Shown here piece by piece: positions 1-12,830 of a DNA stretch of 64,000 bases. The stretch comes from Octopus sinensis (taxonomy: Eukaryota). The DNA lies in the NCBI RefSeq assembly GCF_006345805.1, contig NC_043000.1, forward strand, positions 98,022,001 through 98,086,000. Reading direction: 5' to 3'. How positions within the stretch are numbered: position 1 is the first letter of the stretch; each line of letters opens with the position of its first letter. Both the position numbers and the translations under genes were made by a program. The notes beneath the pieces were generated by a model. It was not told where the DNA came from. It searched no databases and was given only the letters and a program-made list of their open reading frames with translations.

Positions 1-791
1 CCATATGATTTTAAACTGGGTTCCACTGCATGGTACCTTGGGCAAGAGTCTTCTACTACAGTCACTGGTTAACCAATTGCTTTGTGAGTTGAATTTGGCT
101 GACAGATATTATCTGAAACCTATTGTGTGTGTGTGAATGTTTATTCCGCACTCACATGTAAACAGCACTGAGTTACAAATGGCTAGCTTTATTGATAATC
201 CACTAATAAAAAAAGTGTTTCCTAACTCTCTGCTTTCAAAGATGTATGAAATATATAAAAATAACCCCTTGCTGTTAGCATCAAAAAAGGTATCCAGCTG
301 TAAACCAACAACTCAAAATTATTTACTTCTCTAACTCCTGCTAACTTGGAAAAAACGGACATAAAAATGAATGAATGGAGTAAAGTTATAAAGTGTCAGT
401 CTTTTGTCACAAACTCCACTGATAGTATTGTATCATTTTCTATACATGGTATGTGGTATTTGTTTTTATCTTTCCTGCAAAGTTTTCATGAAGGAAAAAT
501 TACTTTTGTTTTGATTATCCTAAATTAATTAGGAAATCTAATTATCAAAGTCTTTTGTCACTGACTCTGGTAAGGAACACAAGTTGTTTAAATGGAAGAC
601 TTGCTATTTCACCTTTATGCTTTATGTTCTGTGTTCATATTCCACTGAGTCATATGTGTGTTTCATCCCTTTGGTATCTAAAAAATAAAGTACCAGTCAG
701 ATATTGATGTCACCAGTATCCAACTAACCTCTCCCCTCAAAATTGCTGGCCATGTCCCTAAATTAGAAAGAATTATTATTAACATATTTGC

Positions 792-1010
792 AAGGTGGTG
801 ATGTAAGCTGGCGGAATTGTTAGCACACCAGACAAAATGCTTTGTGGCATTTCGTTCCCCTTTTTATATTCTGATTCAAATTCCACTGAGCTTCAGCTTG
901 CCTTTCATCCTTTTCAGTCAGTGAAATAAGTACAGTTGAATACTAGGGTTGACATAATTAACTTATCCTCCAAAATTGCAGGCCTTATGCTGACAGTACA
1001 GAGGATTATT
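792..1010 (+). mobile_element. tRNA-derived SINE, family B
   Basis: aaggtggtg..agctggcggaattgttagcac..gacaaaatgct head; ttcaaattccactgag..tttcatcc body; (ATT)n tail; similar to 21582-21800. Confidence 0.75.
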
Positions 1011-1087
1011 ATCATTTTGTATTAAGCTTTATATTATGTGTCATGTGATAACTTCTCTTCCTCCTCCCTCCTCTCCCCCTCTCTCTG

Positions 1088-1447
1088 GTATGCTTCCTAA
1101 CCATGTGGTCTCATATTCAGTTCCACTGTACACCTTGGACAAGTCTTCTACTATAACTCCAAAGCCTTTTGAGCAGACTTGTTAGATGAAAACTGAAAGA
1201 AGCCCACCATATATGTACATATATGCATTGGTCTGTGTTTGTGTTTACTCTTGTTTTGATAACATGTGATGAATGTAAATGAGTATCACCATTAGACAAC
1301 CAATATTGTTTGTTTCCGTGAAACATTTTTTCTTCCGTGAAAAATGTTTGTCCAGGGAAATATTACTTTTCTTGGAAGGTTGTAGAAAATCTGCCTCAAC
1401 AAATTCTGTCTGATCCATGCAAACATGGGACATTAAATGATGATGAT
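1088..1447 (+). mobile_element. SINE family A (tRNA/CORE-like head) with RTE-type tail
   Basis: ttcagttccactgtacaccttggacaagtcttctactata body; ends catgcaaacatgggacattaaatgatgatgat, like the RTE 3' end. Confidence 0.75.
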
Positions 1448-3089
1448 ATACATACCTCATTCCTCACTCACTGATGGTCACTTATGCAAGCAGCCAAACC
1501 TTGAATTAGTCACGCTGCCTATAAGTTTCTTCTAGAGACTGGGTTGCTAAATCATATTAAAACATAACACACTCTAATGTAAGCTTTTGAACCAACTCTG
1601 TGATTTGGTTTATTCTTCTCTCTTTCTCCAACAAGTGTCTGATGCCATACAGTGAAGTCATTAATCTAATGATCATGACTCTCTAAAGAAGACAAAAAAA
1701 CAGCATTAATAAACTGGTCAAGCAGACTGATGGTAAAAGGCATTCCAGTCATAACCATACTTTCCCACCTCCTCCGAGTTATGTTGGGTTATATTTTTTA
1801 ACTCTCTTGCTACAGAAATCAGATATATCCACTAAAATTTCATTACTCTTAACTGCAGGAAACTGTTTTATATACGAATCTATGTTTTGTAGAGGAATGT
1901 CATGTTTAAATCTACTTTTTGTTGGGATATGTCAAGTTGTCAAGTTGGAATATGTCAAGACCACATGACTTGCTAAAAATACCAGTTTTTTTTTTTTTTT
2001 TGTAGATATATATATATTTAACATCATTAATAGAATAACCATAAAATTTTATTTTGTGGTAAAAAGGTCAGTGTGTCCTTTTCTATGGCAGTAGAGTGCA
2101 GTTTGAAGGAAATTGGGCTGCTATTTCTAGCAGGTCAAGCAATCATATAGAGGCTCATTCTGAGGCAGATTCAGTTCGCAATATCTCCCACTAACAAATT
2201 TATTGCCTTGAGTCAGTGTGAGAAATCAGTATCAGTGAAGCATGTCATTTTCTTTTCTTATATGAATTCTTCATCAGGCAGACAGAAACAAGTTTAGTAA
2301 TTTTCATTACATGGTGGCACAGGACAATGTCTGTGACCAGGTTTAAAATCATGACCCTGTGCTCAGTATTTCATCTTTTAAAATTTAACTGCTGTAGCCC
2401 AAGGATAAAAGACGAAAGATTAGAGAGAAAATAGATATTCCAGTATTTCTGAATCTTTTTAAAGAAAGCAATTATAGAAATAAATTATCAATGTTATTTC
2501 TGCTTGCTGATTTTGCTCTGAGTTATACGTATATTCAAATGTTTAAATGCATTTGTTTGTAGATGCAGGAGTATGTGTGTATATATTCCACATATAAAGA
2601 TATGTGTGCATATGTATGTGTCTGTCTGTCTTTCTGTCTATCTATCTATATTGTGCTTGCAAGTGTGTATGTATTTGTTCATATAGATATGTGCTCATAT
2701 ATATACATGTGTATGTTTTTCTTATGTAAAATTATATTTAAAAAAGTTCAAACATTAAATTGAAAGAACACGCAATGCTTTTTAGTAGAGTTCCATATTT
2801 ATCAATTTTACGAGGAAAACAGTGACTTCAAACTTTGGGCTTTGTAAACATCATCCGACTGACTACTTATAAGTGAAACTTTAAGATTAGTGGCATGTAT
2901 ATACATTTGCATATACATATAAGCATATATATATATGTATATATATATGCTTATAATTATATTTCTACATGAATAATATTTTTCTATATGAATAATATTT
3001 TGTCTAATGACTAATTCGTCTTTTGTGCAGGGCCACTGGTAGTAATCTATATTATTACCCTTTTGATTATATTTACATATAAGCATATA

Positions 3090-6000
3090 TCATCATCATC
3101 ATCATCGTTGTTTAACGTCCGTTCTCCATGCTAGCATGGGTTGGACGGTTCGACCGGGGTTCTGGGAAGCCAGAAGGCTGCACCAGGCTCCAGTCTAATC
3201 TGGCAATGTTTCTACAGCTGGATGCCCTTCCTAACGCCAACCACTCCGTGAGTGTAGTGGGTGCTTTTTACGTGCAACCTGCACAGGTGCCAGGCGGGGC
3301 TGGCAACGGCCACGGTCAGATTGGTGTATTTTATGTGCCACTGGCACGGAAGCCAGTCGAGGCGGTGCTGGCATCGGCCACGGGTCGGATAGTGCTTTTT
3401 ACGTACCACCAGACCAGGGATCCTGGCTGGTTCAATTCGATTTCGATTTCGCTTGCCCCAACATGTCTTCACAAGCAAAGGGGGTTGGCATGGGTGCCTG
3501 TCGTACGGTCGCATTGGAGTATTTTACGTGCCACGGCCACGAGTCGGATAGTGCTTTTTACGTACCACCAGGCCAGGGATCCTGGCTGGTTCAATTCGGT
3601 TTCGATTTCGATTTCGCTTGCCCCAACATGTCTTCGCAAGCATGGGGGGTTGGCATGGGTGTCTGTCGTCGGATGAGGTTCTATATCGACTTCGCTTGCC
3701 TCAACCGGTCTTTGTGTCCAAGGGAGGAAAGGCATTCATAAGTGGGCTGGGCTCACTTGTCCTGACTGGTCTTCTCACGTACAGAATATTTCCAAAGGTC
3801 TCGGTCTCTGGTCATTTCCTCAGTGAGGCCTAAATTTCGAAGGTCGTGCTTCACCACCTCGTTCCAGGTTTTCCTGGGTCTACCTCTTCCACGGGTTCCC
3901 TCAACTGCTAGGGATTGGCACTTTCTCACACACCTATCTTCATCCATTCTCGCCACATGACCATACCAGCGCAATCGTCTCTCTTGCACACCACAACTGA
4001 TGCTTCTTAGGTACAACATTTCTCTCAAGGTGCTAACGCTCTGTCGAGTATGTACACTGACATTACACATCCATCGGAGCATACTGGCTTCATTCCTCAC
4101 GAGCTTACGCATGTCCTCAGCAGTCACGGCCCATGTTTCGCTGCCATGCAGCATGGCTGTTCGTACACACGCATCATACAGTCTGCCTTTTACTCTGAGC
4201 GAGAGGCCTTTAGTCACCAGCAGAGGTAAGAGCTCCCTAAACTTTGCCCAGGCTATTCTTATTCTAGCAGTTACACTTTCAGCGCACCCACCCCCCCACT
4301 ACTGACTTGGTCACCTAGATAACGGAAGCTATCAACTACTTCTAGTTTTTCCCCCTGGAAAGTGACGGAAGTTGTTTTCTGCAGATTTTCGGAGGTTAAT
4401 GCTCCCGAGCATCTGCCACATACAAAAACTATCTTCCCAGTTAGCCTACCTTTGACATTGCTGCTGCACCTCTTATGTGTCCATAGCTTACACTGGGTAC
4501 ATCTTATAGAGTTTCTACCTACACCTTTTCTACAGATCGAGCAGGGCCATCTTCCTGAAGATATTTGTGGATTGTCTACCTTTCTACTTATTAGTACTTT
4601 GGTTTTAGCTAGGTTGACTCTAAGGCCCCTTGATTCTAAACCCTCCTTCCACACCTGGAACTTCTCCTCCAGTTCTGATAGTGACTCAGCAATAAGAGCA
4701 AGGTCGTCAGCGTAGAGGAGCTCCCAGGGACAGCCTGTCTTGAATTCCTCCGTAATTGCCTGGAGTACTATGATAAATAGGAGGGGGCTGAGTACTGAAC
4801 CCTGGTGGACCCCAACCTCTACTTTGAATTCTTCTGTGTACATGTTGCCAACCCTAACCTTACTTACGGCATCTCTGTACATGGCTTGCACAGTCCTCAC
4901 CAGCCATTCATCTATCCCTAGTTTCCTCATTGACCACCAGATAAGGGATTGGGGGACCCTATCAAAAGCTTTCTCCATGTCAACGAAAGCCAGGTACAGG
5001 GGCTTATCTTTGGCTAGGTATTTCTCCTGCAGCTGCCTTACCAGGAATATAGCATCAGTGGTACTTTTCCCTGGCACGAACCCAAACTGCATCTCATCTA
5101 AACTAACTCTCTCTCTAATTAGTTGGGCTATGACCCTCTCCGTAACCTTCATTACTTGATCCAACAGCTTGATACCTCTGTAATTATTTGTATCTAGGGC
5201 ATCACCTTTACCTTTGTAGCAGTTGACTAGTATGCTGCTGCACCAGTCATTGGGTATGACTCCTTCGTGTATCACCTGGTTGACTATACGGGTGACTAGG
5301 TTATAGCCGACACTGCCAGATATTTTGAGCATCTCTGCAGTAATTCCTGATGGGCCTGGGGCTTTCCCTGTCTTCATGCTTCTAATTGCCTTAGCTACCA
5401 CGGAACTATCGACTTGGATAGCTGGTCCCTCTGTAGGGTCAACATTCGGCAGACTCTCTTTATCCCATTCATTTTCCTCATTCAGTAACCTTTCATAGTG
5501 GCGTCTCCAAGCTTCTCTCTTTGCATCCTCATTTAGCGCAAGTGAACCATCCTCCATGCGAACACATTTCTCTCCTACCACATCACGATTCTCTCTCACA
5601 CACTGTCTTGCAACACGAAATACCTCAAGTCTTTCATCCTCACGGCGCAGGACATTGGCAAATTTTCTCTTATCTGCTTCCCCTCTGGCTAGATAGACCT
5701 GTCTCCTAGCTTCCCTTCTGGCAGTCTGATACCCTTCCCTGCTACCACCGTTCTTCCAGGCCTTCCAAGCCTGTTTCTTTTGTCTAATAGCCCTGTCAAC
5801 AATATTGTTCCACCACCACGTTATTTTGGGTCTTAAGGGGACTTTGCACCAGCCACAGATCTGGTCAGCGGCTTTCAGCAAGTTGTCCCTCAGAAACGTC
5901 CAGTTGTCTTCTACCCCATGTGTAGCTATACCCCCTTCCACTTCGTCAAAGGCTTCAAGTAACATATCTCTAAATCTCTGTCCATTCGCAGGGGCTTTAA

Positions 6001-7292
6001 GCTTCCAGACCCTTCTTCTCCATGTTGGTCGTCTTCTAGTCGCCCTCTTAGTCCTGATCCTAAAGTCACTAACTACCAGTCTATGTTGTGGGGTGCATTC
6101 TTCGCCTGGGAAGGTTTTGGCATTTATAAGCAGCCATCTTTCCCTTTTTTCTGGCAAGGATGTAGTCGATTTGGCTAGTATGCCGGCCTGATCGGTAGGT
6201 GACCAGGTGGCTTGTTGGTTTCCTGAAGTTAGTGTTGCAGACCATAAGACTATTCGCATCGCAGAACTCCAGCAGCCTGGTTCCCTCCTCGTTGCGGGAA
6301 CCATAACCGTAGCCTCCATGTACGCCATGGAAGCCCCCAGCATGTCGTCCAACATGCCCATTGAAATCACCAGCCACAAAGAGAAGGTCCCTGTCGTTCG
6401 TCGATGAGGTGGTCTGCAGTAGGGTGTCATAGAAACTGTCTTTCTGTCCATCGGGTAGCCCTGGCTGAGGGGCATAGGCCGATATAATGGTTGCTAATCT
6501 ATTATGAAGCACTATTCTAATCTTAAGTATTCTGTCACTTACTCTGATTACCTCAAGTACTCTATCTATCCATTTCTCAGCGATAAGTATACCCACGCCA
6601 CCAACCCCGTCAGTGTTCCCTGCCCAGAAAATCTTGTACCTGTGTTTCTTGCCTGTGAGGACCCTAGCAGATCCTCCTCTCCACCTTATTTCTTGCATAC
6701 AACATACATCAACACGTCTCCGTTCAAGCATCTCGACTATCTCGCCAGACCTACCTTTCAATGTGCCAACGTTGAGGGTGCCCACCCTGAGGGTGTGGGA
6801 GGTGTGGGCCTCTGAGACCCTGGGATGAGGGACAGCAGTGTTATGTACCTGAAAAGAAAGCTTGCATTTGCCAGATATCATACTGAGACTCTAGACTACA
6901 ACCTGCATAAATTTCACAGTTTTTGCGCTATATGATCACAATAAACCCTACATAGGGGTGCAGGGGGGGGGTCAAGAAAGATAGAAAACAGAAACTTCCG
7001 GTTCTGGTGGATGGGTGGGAGGGCGGGGTCACCTCGAAGGAACAACAGGTTTTAAGTTAATACGTAGGGAATTTTCTGCAACAGAAATTACTGAACATCT
7101 AGGAACTTCGGGGTTCGAGAAGAACGTAATATAAATAAGAGAGAGAGAAAATATTTCGTAGGGAATTTAGGGTATCTTTGGGGAAAGGAATAACGACGAA
7201 GGAACAACAGGTTTTAAGTTAATACGTAGGGAATTTTCTGCAACAGAAATTACTGAACATCTAGGAACTTCGGGGTTCGAGAAGAACGTAAT
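3090..7292 (-). mobile_element. Near full-length RTE-clade LINE (APE endonuclease, reverse transcriptase, PHD-like finger), (GAT)n 3' tail
   Basis: APE motifs (GTLNVGTL, MQEIRW, AYAPQ, GDFNGH, IDYIL); RT motifs (KAPGPSG, YRGIKLL, QFGF, FVDMEKAFD, GVHQGSVLSP, YADD); RTE C-terminus (RWYGHV, RGRGRPRKTW); tail catcatcat at about 3090; 5' end abuts (TA)n. Confidence 0.95.
3753..6881 (-). pseudogene. RTE ORF (about 1041 aa if corrected) split by two homopolymer frameshifts
   Basis: ORFs 6081-6881, 4271-6475 and 3753-4217 join. There is +1 nt in the T-run at 6145-6150 and +2 nt in the C-run at 4291-4297. No in-frame stops are seen in the joined path. Confidence 0.88.
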
Positions 7293-7293
7293 A
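7035..7293. repeat. About 97-bp direct duplication at the 5' end of the RTE LINE
   Basis: cgaaggaacaacagg...gagaagaacgtaatata occurs at about 7035-7132 and about 7197-7293, apparently identical. Confidence 0.9.
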
Positions 7294-7309
7294 TATATAT
7301 ATATATATA

Positions 7310-8200
7310 TTATGAAGAAATACATGGTATAGTTATCCACTTTATACAACACAACTAATTAACGCTCTAATAGAGCTTCAGGAATATGAAGAACAATAAG
7401 AACCCTGATATTAAAAACAGAAAGGCTAAACCTGGAAATAAAGCATGTAATTGTTGTAATAGGAATCCCTTAAAAGGATTCTGTTTAAGGAGAAATGTCA
7501 TATATAAAGTTGAGGTTTCAACCCTTAATGAACCTAAAAAGATATATATAGGGAATATGACTGATTTTAAGATTAGATATAGGGCACCGACAAATTCATT
7601 TAGCAATCATGAAACAAAAAAAATTCAACCACACTAGCTACTCACATCAATAAATTAAAAATGTGCAATAAATACACACACTAAAAATTGAAATTTATGC
7701 ATGAAGGAGGCGATCCACATACTCCATGCCAACAAAAAAAGCTTACTTAATAAGATATCTGATGTCATATAACCTGTAGACATAAATATCTTTCAACTTT
7801 TAAATTCTTCCCCAAAAATGATTAGCCTATAGGATTTTAATCTAGTCACTCTTCATATTTTGGATTCATTTGAAAATATTATTATATATAGCGTTGTATT
7901 GTATCATAACATATAACTTTAATTCTAATTATACCATCCGCATGAACAATATGGCCCAACAAAGCATTCGTTTTTTAAAAACTTCTCAAATCTTTCACAT
8001 CTCTTAAAATTTTAACAACTCTTTGAATCTTTTAACTCTGATGAGAGAAGTATAGATAATTGCTATGGTTGGAGTTAACTCGTCCATATCAACCTATATC
8101 TTCCCGAAATAGCTGTCAGACTTTACTCTTATTCAGGATTCCTCTTAAATCATTTTATACTAACTTTCTCATCTACCCTTCTCATTGGTTTTAATATAGA
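7310..8200 (+). mobile_element. Penelope-like element relic (GIY-YIG endonuclease region and pLTR-like tail)
   Basis: ORF 7386-7637 has CNC..PLKGFCLRRNVIYKVEV...IYIG...FKIRY, typical of the PLE GIY-YIG domain. A hammerhead-like motif lies downstream. Confidence 0.8.
8034..8121 (+). ncRNA. Type I hammerhead-ribozyme-like motif in the Penelope relic
   Basis: CTGATGA (8038-8044); long stem II (gagaagtatag/ctatatcttccc); GAAA (8106-8109); near-palindromic stem III ATAGCTGT; GTC cleavage triplet. Stem I is degenerate. Confidence 0.6.
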
Positions 8201-8704
8201 CATTCAACCTTGCAAGTACATCTATGTATTTATATGTATATGTTTATAAATTTTTATATATTTATAAATTTTTATATATTCATGAATTTTTGTATATTTA
8301 TAAATTCTTATGAATTTTTGCCATATCACATATATGTGAACGCATCTATGTATATTGTGAAGGATTTTAACAATTTCAAAGGGCTTGAATGAATATGAAT
8401 ACCGACCTTTGAAATTTATTTCTCTCTTTCTTAATTTTATTTATATATGTGTGTATGTGTATATATATATATATAGAGAGAGAGAGATTCAGATGAATAT
8501 GGTACTTAAGTTGAGGCACCAGAATTTAGTATGGTATTATACATAAAATTTCAAAGTAAGGTGATTAAAATCAAAGTTAGCTGAAGATTGCTTTTTAAAT
8601 TGATGTAATGATTGCATTGTTCAATTAAATGGAGTTGCATGAAACAGTCATACTGCATTATCTCTGGATATCCTTGCTGCTTGTTTTGATTTTATATATA
8701 TATA

Positions 8705-8990
8705 TCTTTATCTTTTACTAGTTTCAGCCCAGGGCTGAAGTCATGCTGGTGCAGCATGTGTAGTTACTTGGTGTTGTTTCTGATATTGTTTTTGGTGAAG
8801 TAGCGAGTTAGATGGAGTTGCTCTTCTTTGTGTCTTCTGCTTCGATGTGGGTTCATCTGGTATCTCAGATAGAAACCTGTCCAGACGTTCCTTGAAAACT
8901 TCCACATCAACACAATGTAGATCTTGAAGGTTGTCTGGAAGGATGTTGAACAATTGCAGGTCCTTAAAACCCAGACTATTGCAGTATTGT
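8705..8990 (-). mobile_element. 3' fragment of a CR1/L2-group LINE
   Basis: Peptide QLFNILPDNL..DVEVFKERLDRFLSEIPDEP resembles CR1-group ORF2 C-termini (WN/FN-LP, FKxxLD). It is followed by the tail ccagcatgacttcagccctgggctgaaactagtaaaagataaaga. Confidence 0.65.
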
Positions 8991-8999
8991 GCAGATATA

Positions 9000-9045
<46 letters not shown>

Positions 9046-9365
9046 GTAAGAGGTAATTTTTTACCACTATGTGGAAACCCTTACGCTAGAAGATCCGCTA
9101 TGGTCTTGACCACTAAGAATTATTCTCCAGAAAATTTAGCACACCAGAAACGTAAGCGAGAAAGACAAATGAAAAGTAACAAAAATATAGATTAATCATA
9201 AACAATTGTTTCACTATCAACAAATTATGTAATTCTACTTACATAATTTATCTGTAGATCATCAGTATGATCGTCTATGCAAAATCTAATTTGCAGAACT
9301 TCACGTAGATATCGACACGAGGTTGATATATATATATATGCACAATGTAGATCTCTCTCTCTACG

Positions 9366-9411
<46 letters not shown>

Positions 9412-9645
9412 ATCTGTTTTTAAAAGGCTCGCTTTGAGAGTTGCATTCCCCTTGCGTTAGGCACAATGTATGTATTATAGTAGTTCTGACTTTAAGAGTC
9501 TCTCCTAGCGTGAGGCATTTCTGTATAGTAATGCCCTTAATATAAATAAATATATTTAAAAGGAATAATTAATAAATTTTTCCCTTATGAGGTTTTTCAC
9601 ACTAACTACTTGATAAATTCTTATAAAGATTTTATCCTATTTTTA

Positions 9646-9683
<38 letters not shown>

Positions 9684-10399
9684 AACCCGTGCTAGCGCGG
9701 AAATCAGACGTTAAACGATGATGATGATGATGATATATATATATATATATATATATTAAGAAATGCAGAATCCTTTCTGTTCATCTGGGACCCTTCTGTC
9801 TCAGTCTACATTTGCTTTACATAAACATATTATACCTGTTTGGAATCAGGATGATCCCAGGATTGAAAATCTGCCTCTCGTTTGGCTCTTGGGCATCCAG
9901 CATTGGGATCTGATTTAAAAACCTTTGGGTTGCTATTTCTAGTAGGTAAATCTTGGCCGATTCATGCTATATTGGATGACGTTTGTCAGATGACATCAAA
10001 GATCAAGGGGGAGATAAATGACATTTGTTTTGTTAATTTGATGTCGAGATAAGAACTTTGGGACAAATTGGCTGACAGTTGGAATTCAATTTGGGACTGG
10101 AACAATAGAATGATTGCATAACAGAATTAATTCTCACCCGTCCTTAACCTCTGATCAAACACCACTGGAGCATATAGTCATGCTATTTAGCTCTTTTTAG
10201 TTTTGGGTCACAAACCAAATTAGCCTTCCACAGGAGCTAGCTTACAAGTCCGCACAGATTGTGGCTTTTAAGCTAGTATATAATATATGTATAGTACGTG
10301 TGTGTGTATGCGTACCTGTGTATTTATAGGCATACACACACATATATATAACATACTGTGAATAAATACTTTGTTGTGGCATAGTAAATTATTCTATTA

Positions 10400-11366
10400 T
10401 GCAATACAAATTGAAAAGATATTTCCGTAGAAATATTGAAGTATCAAGCTTAGTGTGATTGATTAACAAGTTACTATCCTGCCAAGTGTTGTAACCCCAA
10501 AATAGTATAACTGCTACTTCTAAGGTTTGTTTTTATTTTTTAATTTATTTTAGAGGAATATTTTCACAATCAATTTATCTCACAATGAGAGAAAGGTTGT
10601 TTCATTGGTAGAATTTTGAAAAGTGTTCAATTATAGTAAATGTCATTGAAAATATTCAGTAATCATAAGGAAACAGTAACAACATATGACATGAGATCTG
10701 ATTGGAGCATTTTACCTCATTGTGCTAATGATTCTGTTGATCTTACCCAACATAAAGAAATTAATGGAGCAATAGCTAACAATGGAAAGAAGGCTTGGTT
10801 TCAACAGAAAAGCTGATAAATATGTTCGTGATTTACTTGAATCACGTTTGAAAGAGTTAACTGATTGAGACATTCTTAATTTGGATCTACAGCATGTATG
10901 TAAAGAAGTATATAGTCAAGAATCGATCAAAATGAACTACACATGAAAGCAAAGGCTGGAATTTAGTTTCGTTGAGTGTGTTGCAGATTTGAAGATTTCA
11001 AACCATTAATAACAGATTTTAATTCTCACTTCATAACATGTAATTTCAACAAAATTGGACACAAAATTTTGCAGCTACAGATATGCATGTAGCCACAGGT
11101 GCATGCAGTGAAAGAGAGGAAGAGATAAAAATGTCATTTCAATGAATGGTTGCTATATCTTCTGGCGCATAAGTTAAATTTTTCAGACCAAAATTTCAGC
11201 CAAAAATGGTAGGTCAAAGAAAAAGCTCTGGTGGATAATTATTTGGGAGAAAGTGGGTTGACTTATATAATGAGTATAACTTTGATTTTCATTTTTTTTT
11301 TTAATTAATTTTTTTTTTTTTTTTACTGAAAAATCTACCTTGACTTGTCTGCTGGAAAGTATGGTA
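10400..11366 (+). mobile_element. Degenerate Tigger/pogo DNA transposon (C-terminal transposase and end)
   Basis: Broken frames read NVIENIQ..LPHCAND and VRDLLESRLKELTD-DIL (Tigger-like ELTxEDL). The terminus is pogo-like (gacttatata...agtatggta). Confidence 0.5.
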
Positions 11367-11685
11367 TTTCATCTAAGAAATAAATTTGTAAATATATATT
11401 ATTTACCTACTATTTATTGTATGTGTGTGTACACTACAGTAAAGTGTAATATAAAATTTATCATAAACTGTTGAATAATATGCACCCATTTCCATTATCT
11501 TATGTCATATTATTTTCAAATATGGTTTAGAAAAAAACTGTTTTGGAAATTCTTGAACTATTCTGTATTGTTTTCATGTCATTATATTCAGTTGCTCTGT
11601 TTCAATTAGTACAGTATTTTCATGGATGAATTAACCAGGCTAATCATGATTTTACCCTGCATGCATTCATGTGTATGTGCATGTA

Positions 11686-12110
11686 GGCACTGACAAGGCT
11701 GTGTGGTTAAAAGTTTGCTTCTGAACCACATGGTTTCAAGTTCAGTTTTCCTGCATGACACCTTGGGGAAGTGTCTTCTACAGTTGTTTCAGCCAACTAA
11801 AGTATTGTGAGTGGATTTGGTTGACACAAATGGAAAGAGAAGTCCTGTCATATGTGTGTGTAAATGTATGCATGCCTTTGTACGTGTGTTCTTTGTTTTG
11901 ACATCACATGTTAGTTGTAAATGTTGTCACATTTAAGTAGTGTTGTTCATTTCCAATCTGCTGTGGAAACATATCTGGCCAAGGAAGTGGGTGAAATACC
12001 TTGCTTGATCATAGGTGAGGGTTGGTGACATGAAAGAAATCTGCTTCAATGAATTCCATCTGACCCATGAAGCATGGAAAACTGGATGTTAAAACAATGG
12101 TGGTGGTGAT
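11686..12110 (+). mobile_element. SINE family A with RTE-type tail
   Basis: ggctgtgtggttaaaagtttgct..caccttggggaagtgtcttcta head; tail gcatggaaaactggatgttaaaacaatggtggtg. Confidence 0.8.
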
Positions 12111-12690
12111 ATATACATACCAACACACACACACACATATGCACATTCTCTCTGTCTCTTTCTCTCTCTCTCTCTCTCTTACATGAGGCTTGTTCTGAAA
12201 GAAACTGAACTTTTAAAACAGCTTGCAACCAGCTGGCACTGCTATTAAATGAAATGTCAAGGACACTTAGATTTCAGTACTGTACATAAGTAACCTTCAC
12301 CTTTAGTCTAATAATGGCTACATCATCCCAAATCAGTTAGCTATCAATTTATGTATCCTTGAGACAATTTAGTGGAACAATGAACAATCTGAAATAGCAA
12401 TGTGCTTATGTGAAATTCTGCTTCAATTTGGGAAAAACTTAAATACTTTTTTAATTTTGCTACAGGCCCACTGGAAGGATTATTTGAGTTCTGTAATTTC
12501 TCACCAGTAAAAAAAAATAATAATAATAAAATAAAATAAAACTTTTTCAAATTGAGAAGGACATCCACTGAAGATGATCCCAAATCTTTCCACAGCAAAG
12601 AATAATGATCACTTTATGAAAGTGAAAATCCTGAAAATCATCCCTATTTGTCTTTGAAATTTCTAGAGTCCTATTAATTCCATTTTGACT

Positions 12691-12830
12691 TCATGTGGAG
12701 CATAGGTAACCAGCTTGAGATCTCCATCTATCTTGATCTTTGACAATGAATTCTAGTTGTCCCCAGGTATAACCTCCTGCCAGTGCTTCAGTTTCTGTGG
12801 ACCTTCTCCATGTTGTTTTTGAAGTAGGCA
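12691..12830 (-). mobile_element. RTE-group LINE 3' ORF fragment of a different family
   Basis: KTTWRRSTETEA..GYTWGQLE..KDQDRWR..LCST matches RTE/RTEX C-terminal motifs. Confidence 0.65.

Noticed and set aside
3128-3833. ORFs of 71-182 aa with repeated peptides
   Set aside because: They overlap the RTE 3' UTR, which has an internal duplication (about 3377-3504 and 3535-3669). They are not independent genes.
4000-6828. Plus-strand ORFs over the LINE
   Set aside because: Antisense shadows of the RTE ORF.
10554-10595. Exon-like RNIFTINLSHNERK with ag/gt boundaries
   Set aside because: Lies within the Tigger relic and the donor is weak; probably coincidental.
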